From the NCBI GenBank assembly GCA_964499705.1, contig CAZCME010000022.1:1-64000 (forward strand): a stretch of 64,000 nucleotides of DNA. Reading direction: 5' to 3'. The DNA comes from an uncultured bacterium (GTDB taxonomy: Bacteria; UBA8481). Positions 9,009 through 19,819 of this stretch are shown here, one piece after another; positions within the stretch are counted from its first letter, which is position 1; each line of letters opens with the position of its first letter. The translations under genes and the position numbers were made by a program. Below the pieces are notes generated by a model that saw only the letters and a program-made list of their open reading frames with translations, ran no database searches and had not been told where the DNA came from.

Positions 9009-10100
9009 TCAGTAGTTTTCGGACGAGCTCGAAGGAGAAGCCAGGTGGGGATCGGAAACGTTATAGCGAACAAGGCGACATCCGCCGTCTCGATCCGTCA
9101 CCGTGAAATAGAGAAATGAACCGGACGGCGTGTCGATTTGAAATGCCTTGGAGATGTAGTGCGCTTCGGCGTCAACATCCTCGGGCCGGAGGAACAGGCG
9201 ACGTTCGCTCCACTTCCTGCCATCCCGGCTCATGGCCCGCCCGATGATCGTGCCGGGAACCGTCCGGCTCGGATTGGCGATGTACCACATGTACCAGTTT
9301 CCGCTCTTCGCATCGCGATAAACCGAAGGCTCGGACACATTTCCGGCGTCGAAACCCGGGGCCGGAGCCAGGATCTCGATCGCCTTGCCCCAGCGAATTC
9401 CGTCCGCGCTTTCGGATCGGAAAATATGGCTCGTGCCATTAACGGCACCATGGCTGATGAGAACCCACTTGTCATCGATCAACCTTACGTCCCCGGGATA
9501 GAGACTTGTCTGTCGCGGCCCCTGGTCGACCATCCGCATCGGTTCAAGCTCATCGGCCAGCGAATAGTGTCCCGGAGCGGACGATCTCCAGGCGTACAGG
9601 CCGCGAGTGCGCGGGCGCCCTCCATCGCCGTAAGCAAGGCAGAGCTTCACCTGCGGCATGACGACAGGGTAACTGACCCCTTGAGGACCCTCGGGGGGAT
9701 CGAGGACGGGAGAACGGGACCGGGACCATTCCAGACCATCGCTGCTCGACGCGTATCCCACGCCGTTTGCGGACCGGCCGCCTACATAGAGCATGTGGAG
9801 CCGGTCGTCTTCCTCCCACATGAAGAAAATACTGATGCGGTCTTCATCCCAATCGTCGGGATTCATGGTCATGACCGTCGTGAAATTACGACCATCCTGC
9901 CGCGCGACACCATCGGATCCCGATTCCGGGGATGATCTCTCCATCTCGATGGCGTTCGCGCGATGCGCATCGTTCGCGGTTGGAGAATCCGGTACGACCT
10001 TGGCTCTCTTTTCAGCGCTGGTGATGTTGCCGCCGAAGGCGACGAGAAAGAGAACGCCTGCCGTGAACGTCCGAACTGCCCTCCTTGTGAAATGCCCCAT
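9009..10100 (-). CDS. Exported beta-propeller protein, glycoside hydrolase-like (GH43/32/130-type fold)
   Basis: Signal-peptide-like N-terminus; repeated blade motifs GYASSSDGLEW, SESADGIRW, AMSRDGRKW, VSEPSV, WYMWY. Confidence 0.6.
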   Translation of the reverse strand: MGHFTRRAVRTFTAGVLFLVAFGGNITSAEKRAKVVPDSPTANDAHRANAIEMERSSPESGSDGVARQDGRNFTTVMTMNPDDWDEDRISIFFMWEEDDRLHMLYVGGRSANGVGYASSSDGLEWSRSRSPVLDPPEGPQGVSYPVVMPQVKLCLAYGDGGRPRTRGLYAWRSSAPGHYSLADELEPMRMVDQGPRQTSLYPGDVRLIDDKWVLISHGAVNGTSHIFRSESADGIRWGKAIEILAPAPGFDAGNVSEPSVYRDAKSGNWYMWYIANPSRTVPGTIIGRAMSRDGRKWSERRLFLRPEDVDAEAHYISKAFQIDTPSGSFLYFTVTDRDGGCRLVRYNVSDPHLASPSSSSENY

Positions 10101-10231
10101 GAGAACCGTACCGTATCAGGGAGATGACATCGGCGCCACGTGAAACGGCGGATCCTTGCCGCTCCTGGATAGGCAGGGCATTCCCGCACCGGACTCCCGC
10201 AGTTGGACGGTTCACGGATCGAAACTGACCT

Positions 10232-10690
10232 CTATTGCGTGATCGGAGCCTCCACCTGATACACGGGTGTCGTTCCCGAGGCGGCCGGAAGATTAAACAT
10301 GGCGACGGTGGCGTTGTTGCCGGCCGGCGAGACGCTTCCGCTCCATACCAGCATGCTGCACTGAACCTTGACGCCATCCGCCGGATTCCGGCCCGGCTCG
10401 GCCTTGATGTAATACTCCAGCGGCCCGTTGTAGGCGCCGTTGACAAGCGACGCGTATCGATAACCCCAACCGACGATCTGGCCCGTGCTGTTCATGATAT
10501 TCACCTGCGCCCCGATGTATTTGTAATTGTCCGGCACCCTGGTGGCTTCGATCGGGAGCGTGATCTTCCAATGGTAGTCATACGAACTCGCCGGTTCGGG
10601 CTCATCCGAACCCGCCATCAACGGAGTCACCGCCAGGAACAACGCCGCGACAAGGATCGCGGCTCTCTCCATTCTCCACACTGCTTTCAT
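10232..10690 (-). CDS. Exported hypothetical protein
   Basis: Signal peptide (AAILVAALFLAVTPLMA), RBS AAAGGAGG, beta-rich mature part. Confidence 0.7.
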   Translation of the reverse strand: MKAVWRMERAAILVAALFLAVTPLMAGSDEPEPASSYDYHWKITLPIEATRVPDNYKYIGAQVNIMNSTGQIVGWGYRYASLVNGAYNGPLEYYIKAEPGRNPADGVKVQCSMLVWSGSVSPAGNNATVAMFNLPAASGTTPVYQVEAPITQ

Positions 10691-10727
10691 CTACTTCCTC
10701 CTTTGAGTCCTATGGACTCGATATTCT

Positions 10728-11822
10728 TCACTGTCCCGTGCCTGTAATCCTGAGCCCACCTTCGATCTTCACATCGACGCGTTCAAAAGCCGTGCCTGTG
10801 ATCTTCAGTCCCTCCGGGAGGGCGAGTTCCCGGGGAGGAAACGCCGTTCCCGTGATCTTCAATCCGTCCACGATCCGGAAATCGATCGCCGTCCTCGCGC
10901 CCTCGATCCGAAGCGGCGAACCGAGGACGATATCCCTACGGGCAAATGCCTGCCCCTCAACCCGGAGCGAATCGAGGATCGACATGACGACCGGCGTGAA
11001 CCGTGTTCCCGTGATCGCCAACGGCGTTTCCAGGATCATGCTCCGCGGCGTAAATCGCGTTCCAACGATTCTGAGCGGAGCGTCCATGGTCAGATTCAAC
11101 GGTGCAAATCCCGCTCCGGCAACACGCAGCGCGGAGTCGATCCGCATCTCGACCTGCATGAACCTCCGTCCGACGATCGCGAGCGGTTCCGTCAGCGCCA
11201 TTTCGCGCGGCACGAACTTCAATCCGGCAATGCGCAGGGAATCCGATAAGACCATGTCCACGGGTGCCCATCTCTGGCCCGTGACGCGAAGCGGATCCTT
11301 GAGCTCCATCATCACGGGCTGGAACCTCGTTCCCGTGATGCGAAGGAGATCCGATACGGAAATGTCCTTCCGCGAAAATGCCGGGCCGGGCGGCAAGATC
11401 ACACCGATCGAGAATCTTGATGTCGCCACGTTGTAGTAGGAGGTCGGGGATCGATGAAGCCGAACCTGGAGCCCGGTCTCGATCGACGCTCCATCATTCA
11501 CGGACAGGATCAGTTCCCGTCCGATCGAACCCTGCGCGGGACCAATCGCCGCCACGACGAGCGGACGCGGTTTGCCGCTCTTGACGACCGATGCATGCGT
11601 GACAAGCTGAAGATCAGTGCCGTTCAGCCTGACCGTGATCGGCGTCGCGCCGATCGCGAGATACAGCCGGCGAACGGGCGTGCTTTGCGAATCGACGCTT
11701 GAAACGGACACGGCGGCGGACGCCATCGATCCCATGAGAAAAAGAAGCGCGGCTTGAACAATAACAGCTCCCGATCCGCGTATCCGTTTTGAACCTGTTT
11801 CAGTCGCGCGCGAGTGTCGCAT
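10728..11822 (-). CDS. Exported protein with ~12 tandem 18-aa repeats
   Basis: Hydrophobic signal segment; C-terminal half repeats xxLRITGxxFxPxxMxLx; TATACT 8 nt upstream of ATG 11822. Confidence 0.75.
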   Translation of the reverse strand: MRHSRATETGSKRIRGSGAVIVQAALLFLMGSMASAAVSVSSVDSQSTPVRRLYLAIGATPITVRLNGTDLQLVTHASVVKSGKPRPLVVAAIGPAQGSIGRELILSVNDGASIETGLQVRLHRSPTSYYNVATSRFSIGVILPPGPAFSRKDISVSDLLRITGTRFQPVMMELKDPLRVTGQRWAPVDMVLSDSLRIAGLKFVPREMALTEPLAIVGRRFMQVEMRIDSALRVAGAGFAPLNLTMDAPLRIVGTRFTPRSMILETPLAITGTRFTPVVMSILDSLRVEGQAFARRDIVLGSPLRIEGARTAIDFRIVDGLKITGTAFPPRELALPEGLKITGTAFERVDVKIEGGLRITGTGQ

Positions 11823-11925
11823 CACGGTAGAGTATAGAAGAGCCAAGAAATCAATGTAACGTGATTTTAATCACCCTGTGTTCCGGAAGAAAACGTTCAC
11901 CCGAGCCCGGCCACGGGCCATCAAT

Positions 11926-12162
11926 TCACTCCCCGCGTGTCCTTTTCAGCAGCCTCTGCTGGATGTCCGCGATCTCGGCAATGCGCCGTTTCTGCTCGAC
12001 TTCGTCGATCTCCAGGGTCACCTTCAAAACCGTTCCCTCCCTGACTCCCGGAGGAAGCATGTTTTCCTTCAGGTGGAGTTTCATACCGTCGTCGAAAAGA
12101 AGAACATAGATGTCCTCCTCGACTTCATCGATCACAACATGATGCGACTTTCCTGCTCCCAT
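11926..12162 (-). CDS. Small DUF3006-like protein
   Basis: VIDEVEEDIYVLL...LPPGVREGTVL...EQKRRIAEIADIQQRL pattern; RBS GGGAGG; directly downstream of recJ. Confidence 0.7.
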   Translation of the reverse strand: MGAGKSHHVVIDEVEEDIYVLLFDDGMKLHLKENMLPPGVREGTVLKVTLEIDEVEQKRRIAEIADIQQRLLKRTRGE

Positions 12163-12176
12163 GATAATCCTCCCGA

Positions 12177-14414
12177 CTATAACATGACCGCGGTTCTGTA
12201 ATCCTCGATGAGACATTGCACCCGCACCCGCCCGCGCCATTCGTTCCTCTCGACGCCAAAGGCGACATCAAGCCGGTCTCCGACGGACGGCAGGCGGTCC
12301 TTGTGAACGTTCCACGCGACGGCTTCGATGGACGCCGCGTCGCTTCCTCCGCTTCCGCGAAGAATCAATTTCAAGTGCTGGCTGGAATCGCCCATCCGTC
12401 TCGCCTCGGTCACTTCCACGCCCCGCACGCAGAAGATGGGCGCCTCATTGCCGTGCCCGGTCGGCTCCAGCATGGCGAGCTCATCCAGAATTTTCCCGCC
12501 GACATCCTCGGGTCGGATCTCCGCGTCGATCCTCAGGCGCGGCTTCAAAAGCTCCGGAGACACCTCGCGCCGGATGATCTCGGAGAGGGCCTCCTTGAAC
12601 TCGGGGATCTTATCCGTCCTGACCGCCAGTCCGGCCGCTCCCGCATGCCCGCCGAATCGCTCCGTCAGGTGCGCGATTTTTTCCAGGGCGGCCGTGATGT
12701 CGAACCCTTCGATCGATCGCGTCGTGCCGGCGCAGACTCCGGATTCGTCATCGATGAGGATGACCGTCGGGCGCCCGACATCATTGACGATGCGATTGGC
12801 GAGAATACCCGTGACGCCATGCTCCAGATTTTTCACAAGCGCCAGCGCGAGGACGTCCACGTCGGGATCGAAGGTTTCCTCCAGCATGGCGACGACAGCC
12901 TCCATGTTCGTCTTCACCCGCTGCTTCCGTTCCACGTTCATCGCGGAAAGCTCGGCGACGAGCGGCGCCGCTTCCTCGGCGGAGGCGGCCATGAGGAGCC
13001 GTGCGGCGACGTCGGCGCGGCCCATGCGCCCGGCGGAATTGACGACCGGCACGATCGACCAGGCGACATCCTTGGCGGAGAGAGTCTCGCCCCGCACGAG
13101 AGCGTCTCTCAGGGCGGCGATGCCGGGACGGGTGGATCTGCGGAGCGCTTCCAGGCCGCGCTTCACGAGAACCCTGTTTTCATGCTGGAGCGGCACGACA
13201 TCCGCGAGCGTCGAGAGCGCGACGAGATCGAGCTGGTTTTTCAGGAACGACTGGAGCCTCGCATTGCGCACGCCGACGATCTTCTTGTAGAGCAGGAAAG
13301 TGGCGGCGACATCGGCCATCGCGCGGTGCTTCACATCGTGCTTGAAGTTGAAGCGCGTGGAGAGCGCTCCGAGACTGTGGTCCGTGCCCGGAAACTGCGA
13401 GCGCGCCTCGGTCAATGTATCGATGACGGGATTATTGACCTTGCGCCCGAGACAGCGCTTCGCGGTCTCCTTAAGGAAATTCGTGTCAAAGGAGGCCTTG
13501 TGCGCCACGAGCGTCGCATCGCCGGCGAAGTCCAGGAACTTCGCGATCACGTCCGCGGCGGGCGGCGCCGAGGCGAGCATCCGGTCGCTGATGCCGTGGA
13601 TTTCCGTCAGCGATTTCGGAACGGGATGCTCCGGCTTGATGAACGATTCGAACCGGGAGATCTCCACGCCGTTCCTGGACTTGATCGCGGCGATCTCGAT
13701 GATCTCGTCCTTGTCGGGACGCATCCCCGTCGTCTCCGTGTCGAAGACGACCATCTTCTTTCCGAAAAACTCCTTGTCTTCCGCCATCAGGTACGCCTGC
13801 GCGAACTTGAAGGCGACGCCGCAGGCGGAGAGCCCCTTGAAGGGATACGCGCAGTCCCCGCGCTTCGGATCGACGATGGCCCACGCCGCGGGAAGCGTCG
13901 CGGCGGCCTCGTGATGATCGATGACGACCACGTCGATCCCCTTCTCGCGCGCGTAATCGATCCCGGCGAAATCGCGGATCCCGCAATCGACGGTCACGAT
14001 GAGCGACGAGCCGAAAGCGACCGCGGCATCGACCGCGGGAAGCGAGAGTCCGTAGCCGTCGGCGGGAGTCGGAACCTTCCACCCGGCTTTGATCCCGATA
14101 AAATGGAGAAGGTTCACCAGAAGCGTCGTGGACGTGACACCGTCGGTGTCGCGGTCGCCCGCCACAAAGACCTTCTCCTTCCGGTCGACGGCCATCCGGA
14201 GCCGGACGACGGCTTTCTCCATGTCGCAGATCTTGAATGGATTCTCCAGGAGATCGAAATCGGCGTTGATGAATTCCAGCGCTTCCTCGGGCGTCGAATA
14301 ACCGCGGGCCACGATGAGCTTGGCGACGGCTTCGGAAATGTTAAGGGCGGAGGAAATGCGGAGGACGGTTTCAGGATCCGGCGCGCTTATGATCCAGAGC
14401 TTTTCGAGGTTCAT
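12177..14414 (-). CDS. recJ: ssDNA exonuclease RecJ with an inserted DEDDh (DnaQ/epsilon-like) domain
   Basis: DHH motifs GDRDTDG, TVDCG, IDHH, SACGVAFK, ADVVPL, NSAGRM, FGGHAGAAG; insertion carries DTETTG, AHKASFD, HRAMAD. Confidence 0.92.
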   Translation of the reverse strand: MNLEKLWIISAPDPETVLRISSALNISEAVAKLIVARGYSTPEEALEFINADFDLLENPFKICDMEKAVVRLRMAVDRKEKVFVAGDRDTDGVTSTTLLVNLLHFIGIKAGWKVPTPADGYGLSLPAVDAAVAFGSSLIVTVDCGIRDFAGIDYAREKGIDVVVIDHHEAAATLPAAWAIVDPKRGDCAYPFKGLSACGVAFKFAQAYLMAEDKEFFGKKMVVFDTETTGMRPDKDEIIEIAAIKSRNGVEISRFESFIKPEHPVPKSLTEIHGISDRMLASAPPAADVIAKFLDFAGDATLVAHKASFDTNFLKETAKRCLGRKVNNPVIDTLTEARSQFPGTDHSLGALSTRFNFKHDVKHRAMADVAATFLLYKKIVGVRNARLQSFLKNQLDLVALSTLADVVPLQHENRVLVKRGLEALRRSTRPGIAALRDALVRGETLSAKDVAWSIVPVVNSAGRMGRADVAARLLMAASAEEAAPLVAELSAMNVERKQRVKTNMEAVVAMLEETFDPDVDVLALALVKNLEHGVTGILANRIVNDVGRPTVILIDDESGVCAGTTRSIEGFDITAALEKIAHLTERFGGHAGAAGLAVRTDKIPEFKEALSEIIRREVSPELLKPRLRIDAEIRPEDVGGKILDELAMLEPTGHGNEAPIFCVRGVEVTEARRMGDSSQHLKLILRGSGGSDAASIEAVAWNVHKDRLPSVGDRLDVAFGVERNEWRGRVRVQCLIEDYRTAVML

Positions 14415-14431
14415 GCGCCTGAAAACACTAA

Positions 14432-14628
14432 ACCACGAAATACACGAAACACACGAAAAATGGTTTCCGAGCGAGGGAATCTATTGCGATTTGAAAAACG
14501 GACACCTGAAGGTACATGAAACACGACATTTTTTTGGGGATTGCATCCGAAATGGCCATTTATTCGCTTGGAATCCTGTTGATCACATGCTCCTTTATTT
14601 TTTTCGTGTGTTTCGTGTATTTCGTGGT
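14432..14628. mobile_element. MITE/REPIN-like element with perfect 29-bp inverted repeats
   Basis: ACCACGAAATACACGAAACACACGAAAAA 14432-14460; exact reverse complement at 14600-14628; AT-rich spacer; fills the pdp-recJ gap. Confidence 0.75.
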
Positions 14629-14640
14629 GATTTAAGGACA

Positions 14641-15951
14641 TCACGAAACGCATTCGATGACCAGCGGCATGGTTCTCGCGGGGCCGGAGCCGATCCGGAT
14701 GGCGGCTTTCATCCGCTTCAATGATTCGTGGTACAGCGCCTCGTCGTTATAGTGGTAGACAACGATCACATCCCCGGTGGCGACTGTCTCGCCGGGCTTT
14801 TTCAGGAACTCCACACCAACGGCGTGATCGATCTTGTCGTCGGACCTCTGCCGGCCCGCTCCGAGTACGACAACGGCCATCCCGGCCGCGTACGTGTCGA
14901 TCGACTCCAGTATTCCCGAGTCGGAGGCGGTCAACTCACCCCTCTTCTTCGCTTTCGGCAGCCGCGAAACATCATCCACGACGCGGGGGTCGCCGCCCTG
15001 CGCTTCGATCATCTTCCTGAACTTCTCGAGGCCGCTGCCGTCGGCGATTCTCTTCTCGATTTCGGCGCGACCGGATGCGATGTCCTTGGCGATGCCGGTG
15101 ATCGCCAGCATCCGGGCTCCGAACTCGACCGTGATTTCCCGAAGATCGGACGGGCCCTTCCCCTGCAGGATCGCGATGGATTCCTCCACCTCGTTCGCGT
15201 TACCCGCTGTAACGCCGAGCGGCTGGTCCATGTTCGTGATGAGGGCTTCCGCCTTGCGGCCGGAATTCCGGCAGATGGCGACCATCAGTTTCGCCAGGGC
15301 GCGGGATTCCTCCAGCTTCTGCATGAAGGCTCCGGATCCGGTCTTGACGTCCAAAAGAAGCGCCTGCGGTCCCGCGGCGAGCTTTTTGGAGAGAATCGAT
15401 GCGGCGATCAGGTCCATCGTGTCCACGGTCGCGGTGACGTCGCGCATGGCGTAGATCTTCTTGTCCGCCGGAGCCACGTCGGCGGTCTGGCCTATGATCG
15501 CGCATCCGACGGTCCTGACCGCGCGAACGAATTCCTCGTCCGACAGGCCGACGCGAAATCCCGGGATCGATTCCAGCTTATCGAGCGTGCCGCCGGTATG
15601 CCCGAGTCCGCGGCCGGACATCATCGGGACAAAGCCGCCCGCGGCGGCCACCAGGGGCGCCAGCGGCAGCGACACCTTGTCACCGACGCCGCCGGTCGAG
15701 TGCTTGTCCACGGTCGGACCGGGCACGGACGAAAGATCCATCGACTTGCCCGATGCCTGCATCGATTGCGTCAGCCACGCGGTTTCCTGGTCGTCGAGCT
15801 TTCGGAAGAAGACCGCCATCAGGAATGCGGCCATTTGATATTCCGGAAGCTCCCCGCGGGTGAACTTCTGGATCATGAAGTCGATCTCTTCCGCCGTCAG
15901 TTTTCCTCCGTCCCGCTTCTTCCTGATGATCTCGTACGGAACGAGCATCAC
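14641..15951 (-). CDS. pdp: Pyrimidine-nucleoside / thymidine phosphorylase
   Basis: [62 protein letters not shown]. Confidence 0.95.
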   Translation of the reverse strand: MMLVPYEIIRKKRDGGKLTAEEIDFMIQKFTRGELPEYQMAAFLMAVFFRKLDDQETAWLTQSMQASGKSMDLSSVPGPTVDKHSTGGVGDKVSLPLAPLVAAAGGFVPMMSGRGLGHTGGTLDKLESIPGFRVGLSDEEFVRAVRTVGCAIIGQTADVAPADKKIYAMRDVTATVDTMDLIAASILSKKLAAGPQALLLDVKTGSGAFMQKLEESRALAKLMVAICRNSGRKAEALITNMDQPLGVTAGNANEVEESIAILQGKGPSDLREITVEFGARMLAITGIAKDIASGRAEIEKRIADGSGLEKFRKMIEAQGGDPRVVDDVSRLPKAKKRGELTASDSGILESIDTYAAGMAVVVLGAGRQRSDDKIDHAVGVEFLKKPGETVATGDVIVVYHYNDEALYHESLKRMKAAIRIGSGPARTMPLVIECVS

Positions 15952-16787
15952 ATCCTCTCCAGGACGCCCAGGACGAACTTCCGGAAGGACTGTTTCACGC
16001 GGTTCGTCGTCTCGATCACTTCCTCATGCGACAGCGGCTGCGGCAGAATACCGGCCGCCATGTTGGTGATGCAGGTGATTCCGAGGACGCGGATGCCCGC
16101 ATGACGCGCGACGATCACTTCAGGAACCGTGGACATCCCGGCGGCATCGCCGCCCCAGATCCTGTACATCCGGATCTCCGCCGCCGTTTCATAACTCGGC
16201 CCCGTCGACGCGACATACACTCCCTCGCGCAACGTGATTCCCAGATCCTTCGCGACACTCCGGGCCATGGCGCGATAGTCGGCATCGTAGGCGGTGGACA
16301 TATCGGAGAAACGCGGGCCATGGGAGGCGACGTTAGGTCCGAAGAGAGGATTGGCTCCGTGAAAATTGATGTGATCGGAAATGAGCATGAGGTCGCCGAC
16401 ATCGAAGTTCGTGTTGATCCCGCCGGCCGCGTTCGTCACGATGAGAGAAGAACAACCGAGCTCCTTCATGACCCGCACGGGAAACGTGATCTGCTGCTGC
16501 GAATATCCCTCATAGAAATGGAATCGCCCCGACATGACGGCCACGTTCCGGCCCGCGAGCTTGCCGATGCAGAATTCTCCCGCGTGTCCCTCCACGGTCG
16601 AAACGGGGAAATTCGGGATCTCGCCGTAAGGAATCTTCACACCCTCGACCTCGTTACCGAGGCTCCCCAGCCCCGACCCGAGAATCATGCCTATGTCGGG
16701 CTTCACGGATGCCTTAGTCCGGACGTAGTCCGCGGAGCTCCTTATATTATCTTCCCAAGCCGACTTGGATGCGCTGACCTGACTCAT
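15948..16787 (-). CDS. punA: Purine-nucleoside phosphorylase (trimeric type)
   Basis: [51 protein letters not shown]. Start taken at MSQVSASK (16787). Confidence 0.95.
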   Translation of the reverse strand: MSQVSASKSAWEDNIRSSADYVRTKASVKPDIGMILGSGLGSLGNEVEGVKIPYGEIPNFPVSTVEGHAGEFCIGKLAGRNVAVMSGRFHFYEGYSQQQITFPVRVMKELGCSSLIVTNAAGGINTNFDVGDLMLISDHINFHGANPLFGPNVASHGPRFSDMSTAYDADYRAMARSVAKDLGITLREGVYVASTGPSYETAAEIRMYRIWGGDAAGMSTVPEVIVARHAGIRVLGITCITNMAAGILPQPLSHEEVIETTNRVKQSFRKFVLGVLERM

Positions 16788-16837
16788 GTTACCAATCCTT
16801 CTCCCACCTGCCGGGTATTTCTGAATGCCTTTTGCCT

Positions 16838-16865
16838 TTGGACTTCCGTTAAAGTTCCTTATAAT
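16838..16865 (+). promoter_or_regulatory. Sigma-70-like promoter immediately before leuA (possibly leaderless mRNA)
   Basis: TTGGAC-N16-TATAAT ends 9 nt before ATG 16875; no SD sequence. Confidence 0.5.
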
Positions 16866-16874
16866 ACCCGGATC

Positions 16875-18446
<1,572 letters not shown>

Positions 18447-18455
18447 GCCGGAGTC

Positions 18456-18531
18456 AACCACGAAGTCACAAAGACACGAAGCAAGGATAAATATATCTTT
18501 TTCCTCTTCGTGTCTTTGTGCCTTCGTGGTT
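18456..18531. repeat. REP-like hairpin, same family as the 1525 and 14432 elements
   Basis: AACCACGAAGTCACAAAGACACGAAG 18456-18481 vs reverse complement 18506-18531 (25/26 match), 24-nt loop. Confidence 0.75.
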
Positions 18532-18541
18532 AAATCCATCC

Positions 18542-19819
18542 ATGATCGACATTAAAAAGCTCCGTTCCACCCCCGACGCCGTCCGTACCGCGCTCTCCCG
18601 GCGCGTCGGGGACATGTCGATTCTCGACAGAATCATCGGACTGGACGTGAGACGTCGCGCGGCGTTGACGGCGGGCGACGAAATGAAGGCGAAGAAGAAC
18701 GCCGCCTCGAAGGAGATCGGGAAGTTGAAATCGCAGGGGCTTCCGGCCGATGAGCTGATGAAATCGGTCGCCGCGATGGCCGCGGGCATCGCGACCTGCG
18801 ACAAGGAGGCCGGGGAGGCCGACGTCCTCATCGAGCAGTTGCTCCTGGACATTCCCAACGAGCCGGATCCGGCCATTCCTGACGCGGGCAACCTCGTCGA
18901 GAAGACGCTCGGCGAACCCAGGCCGGGCACGGAGCATCACTGGGATATCGCGATCCGGCTCGGGCTCTGCGACTTCGACCGCGGCGCGAAACTGTCGGGC
19001 GCTCGCTTCTATGTCCTGAAGGGGAGCGGCGCGAAACTGGAGCGCGCGCTCATGGACCTGATGCTCTCCATGCATATCGGCTCCGGCTATACGGAAATCC
19101 TGCCGCCGCTTCTCGTGAACAGGGAATCCATGACGGGCACCGGTCAGTATCCGAAATTCATCGAGGAATCCTTTTCGTGCGAGCGGGACGGGCTCGCGCT
19201 CATACCCACCGCGGAAGTTCCGGTCACCAATCTCCATCGCGACGAAATCCTCCCCGCGCTGCCGGTGAAGTATGTGGCCTGCACGCCCTGCTTCCGCCGC
19301 GAAGCGGGCGCGGCGGGAAAAGACACGCGAGGCGTCATTCGCGTGCACCAGTTCCACAAGGTCGAGATCGTGAAATTCGTCCGCCCGGAAGATTCGCCGG
19401 CGGAACATGAAACCCTGACGCGCGACGCGGAGCGGATCCTGGAAGCCCTTGAGCTCCCGTACCGGCGCGTCCTTCTAGCCGCGGACGATCTCGGTTTCGC
19501 TTCATCGAAGACGTACGACCTCGAAGTCTGGATGCCGGGGGCTCCGGAAATGGATCCCAGCGGACTGGAAAAAACCGCGGGCCGATACGTCGAAGTAAGT
19601 TCCTGTTCCAACTTCACCGATTACCAGGCGCGGCGGATGAGCATCCGGTTCAAGCGCGAGCCGGGGGCCAGGCCCGAGCTTGTGCATACGTTGAACGGGA
19701 GCGGACTTGCCGTCGGGAGGACGTGGGCGGCGATTCTCGAGAATTATCTTCAACCGGATGGAGCGGTCCGGATTCCGAATGTCCTGCGCGCCTTCATGGG
19801 TTGTGACGTCCTCCGTTGA
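18542..19819 (+). CDS. serS: Serine--tRNA ligase
   Basis: MIDIKKLR start, [58 protein letters not shown]. Confidence 0.97.
   Translation: MIDIKKLRSTPDAVRTALSRRVGDMSILDRIIGLDVRRRAALTAGDEMKAKKNAASKEIGKLKSQGLPADELMKSVAAMAAGIATCDKEAGEADVLIEQLLLDIPNEPDPAIPDAGNLVEKTLGEPRPGTEHHWDIAIRLGLCDFDRGAKLSGARFYVLKGSGAKLERALMDLMLSMHIGSGYTEILPPLLVNRESMTGTGQYPKFIEESFSCERDGLALIPTAEVPVTNLHRDEILPALPVKYVACTPCFRREAGAAGKDTRGVIRVHQFHKVEIVKFVRPEDSPAEHETLTRDAERILEALELPYRRVLLAADDLGFASSKTYDLEVWMPGAPEMDPSGLEKTAGRYVEVSSCSNFTDYQARRMSIRFKREPGARPELVHTLNGSGLAVGRTWAAILENYLQPDGAVRIPNVLRAFMGCDVLR

Noticed and set aside
13275-13754. RecJ insertion as an intein
   Set aside because: No Cys/Ser start, His-Asn end or LAGLIDADG motifs seen; it has DEDDh exonuclease motifs instead.
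14314-14724. Small ORFs containing 'NHEIHETHEK'
   Set aside because: Translations of the inverted-repeat arms; the same peptide appears on both strands.
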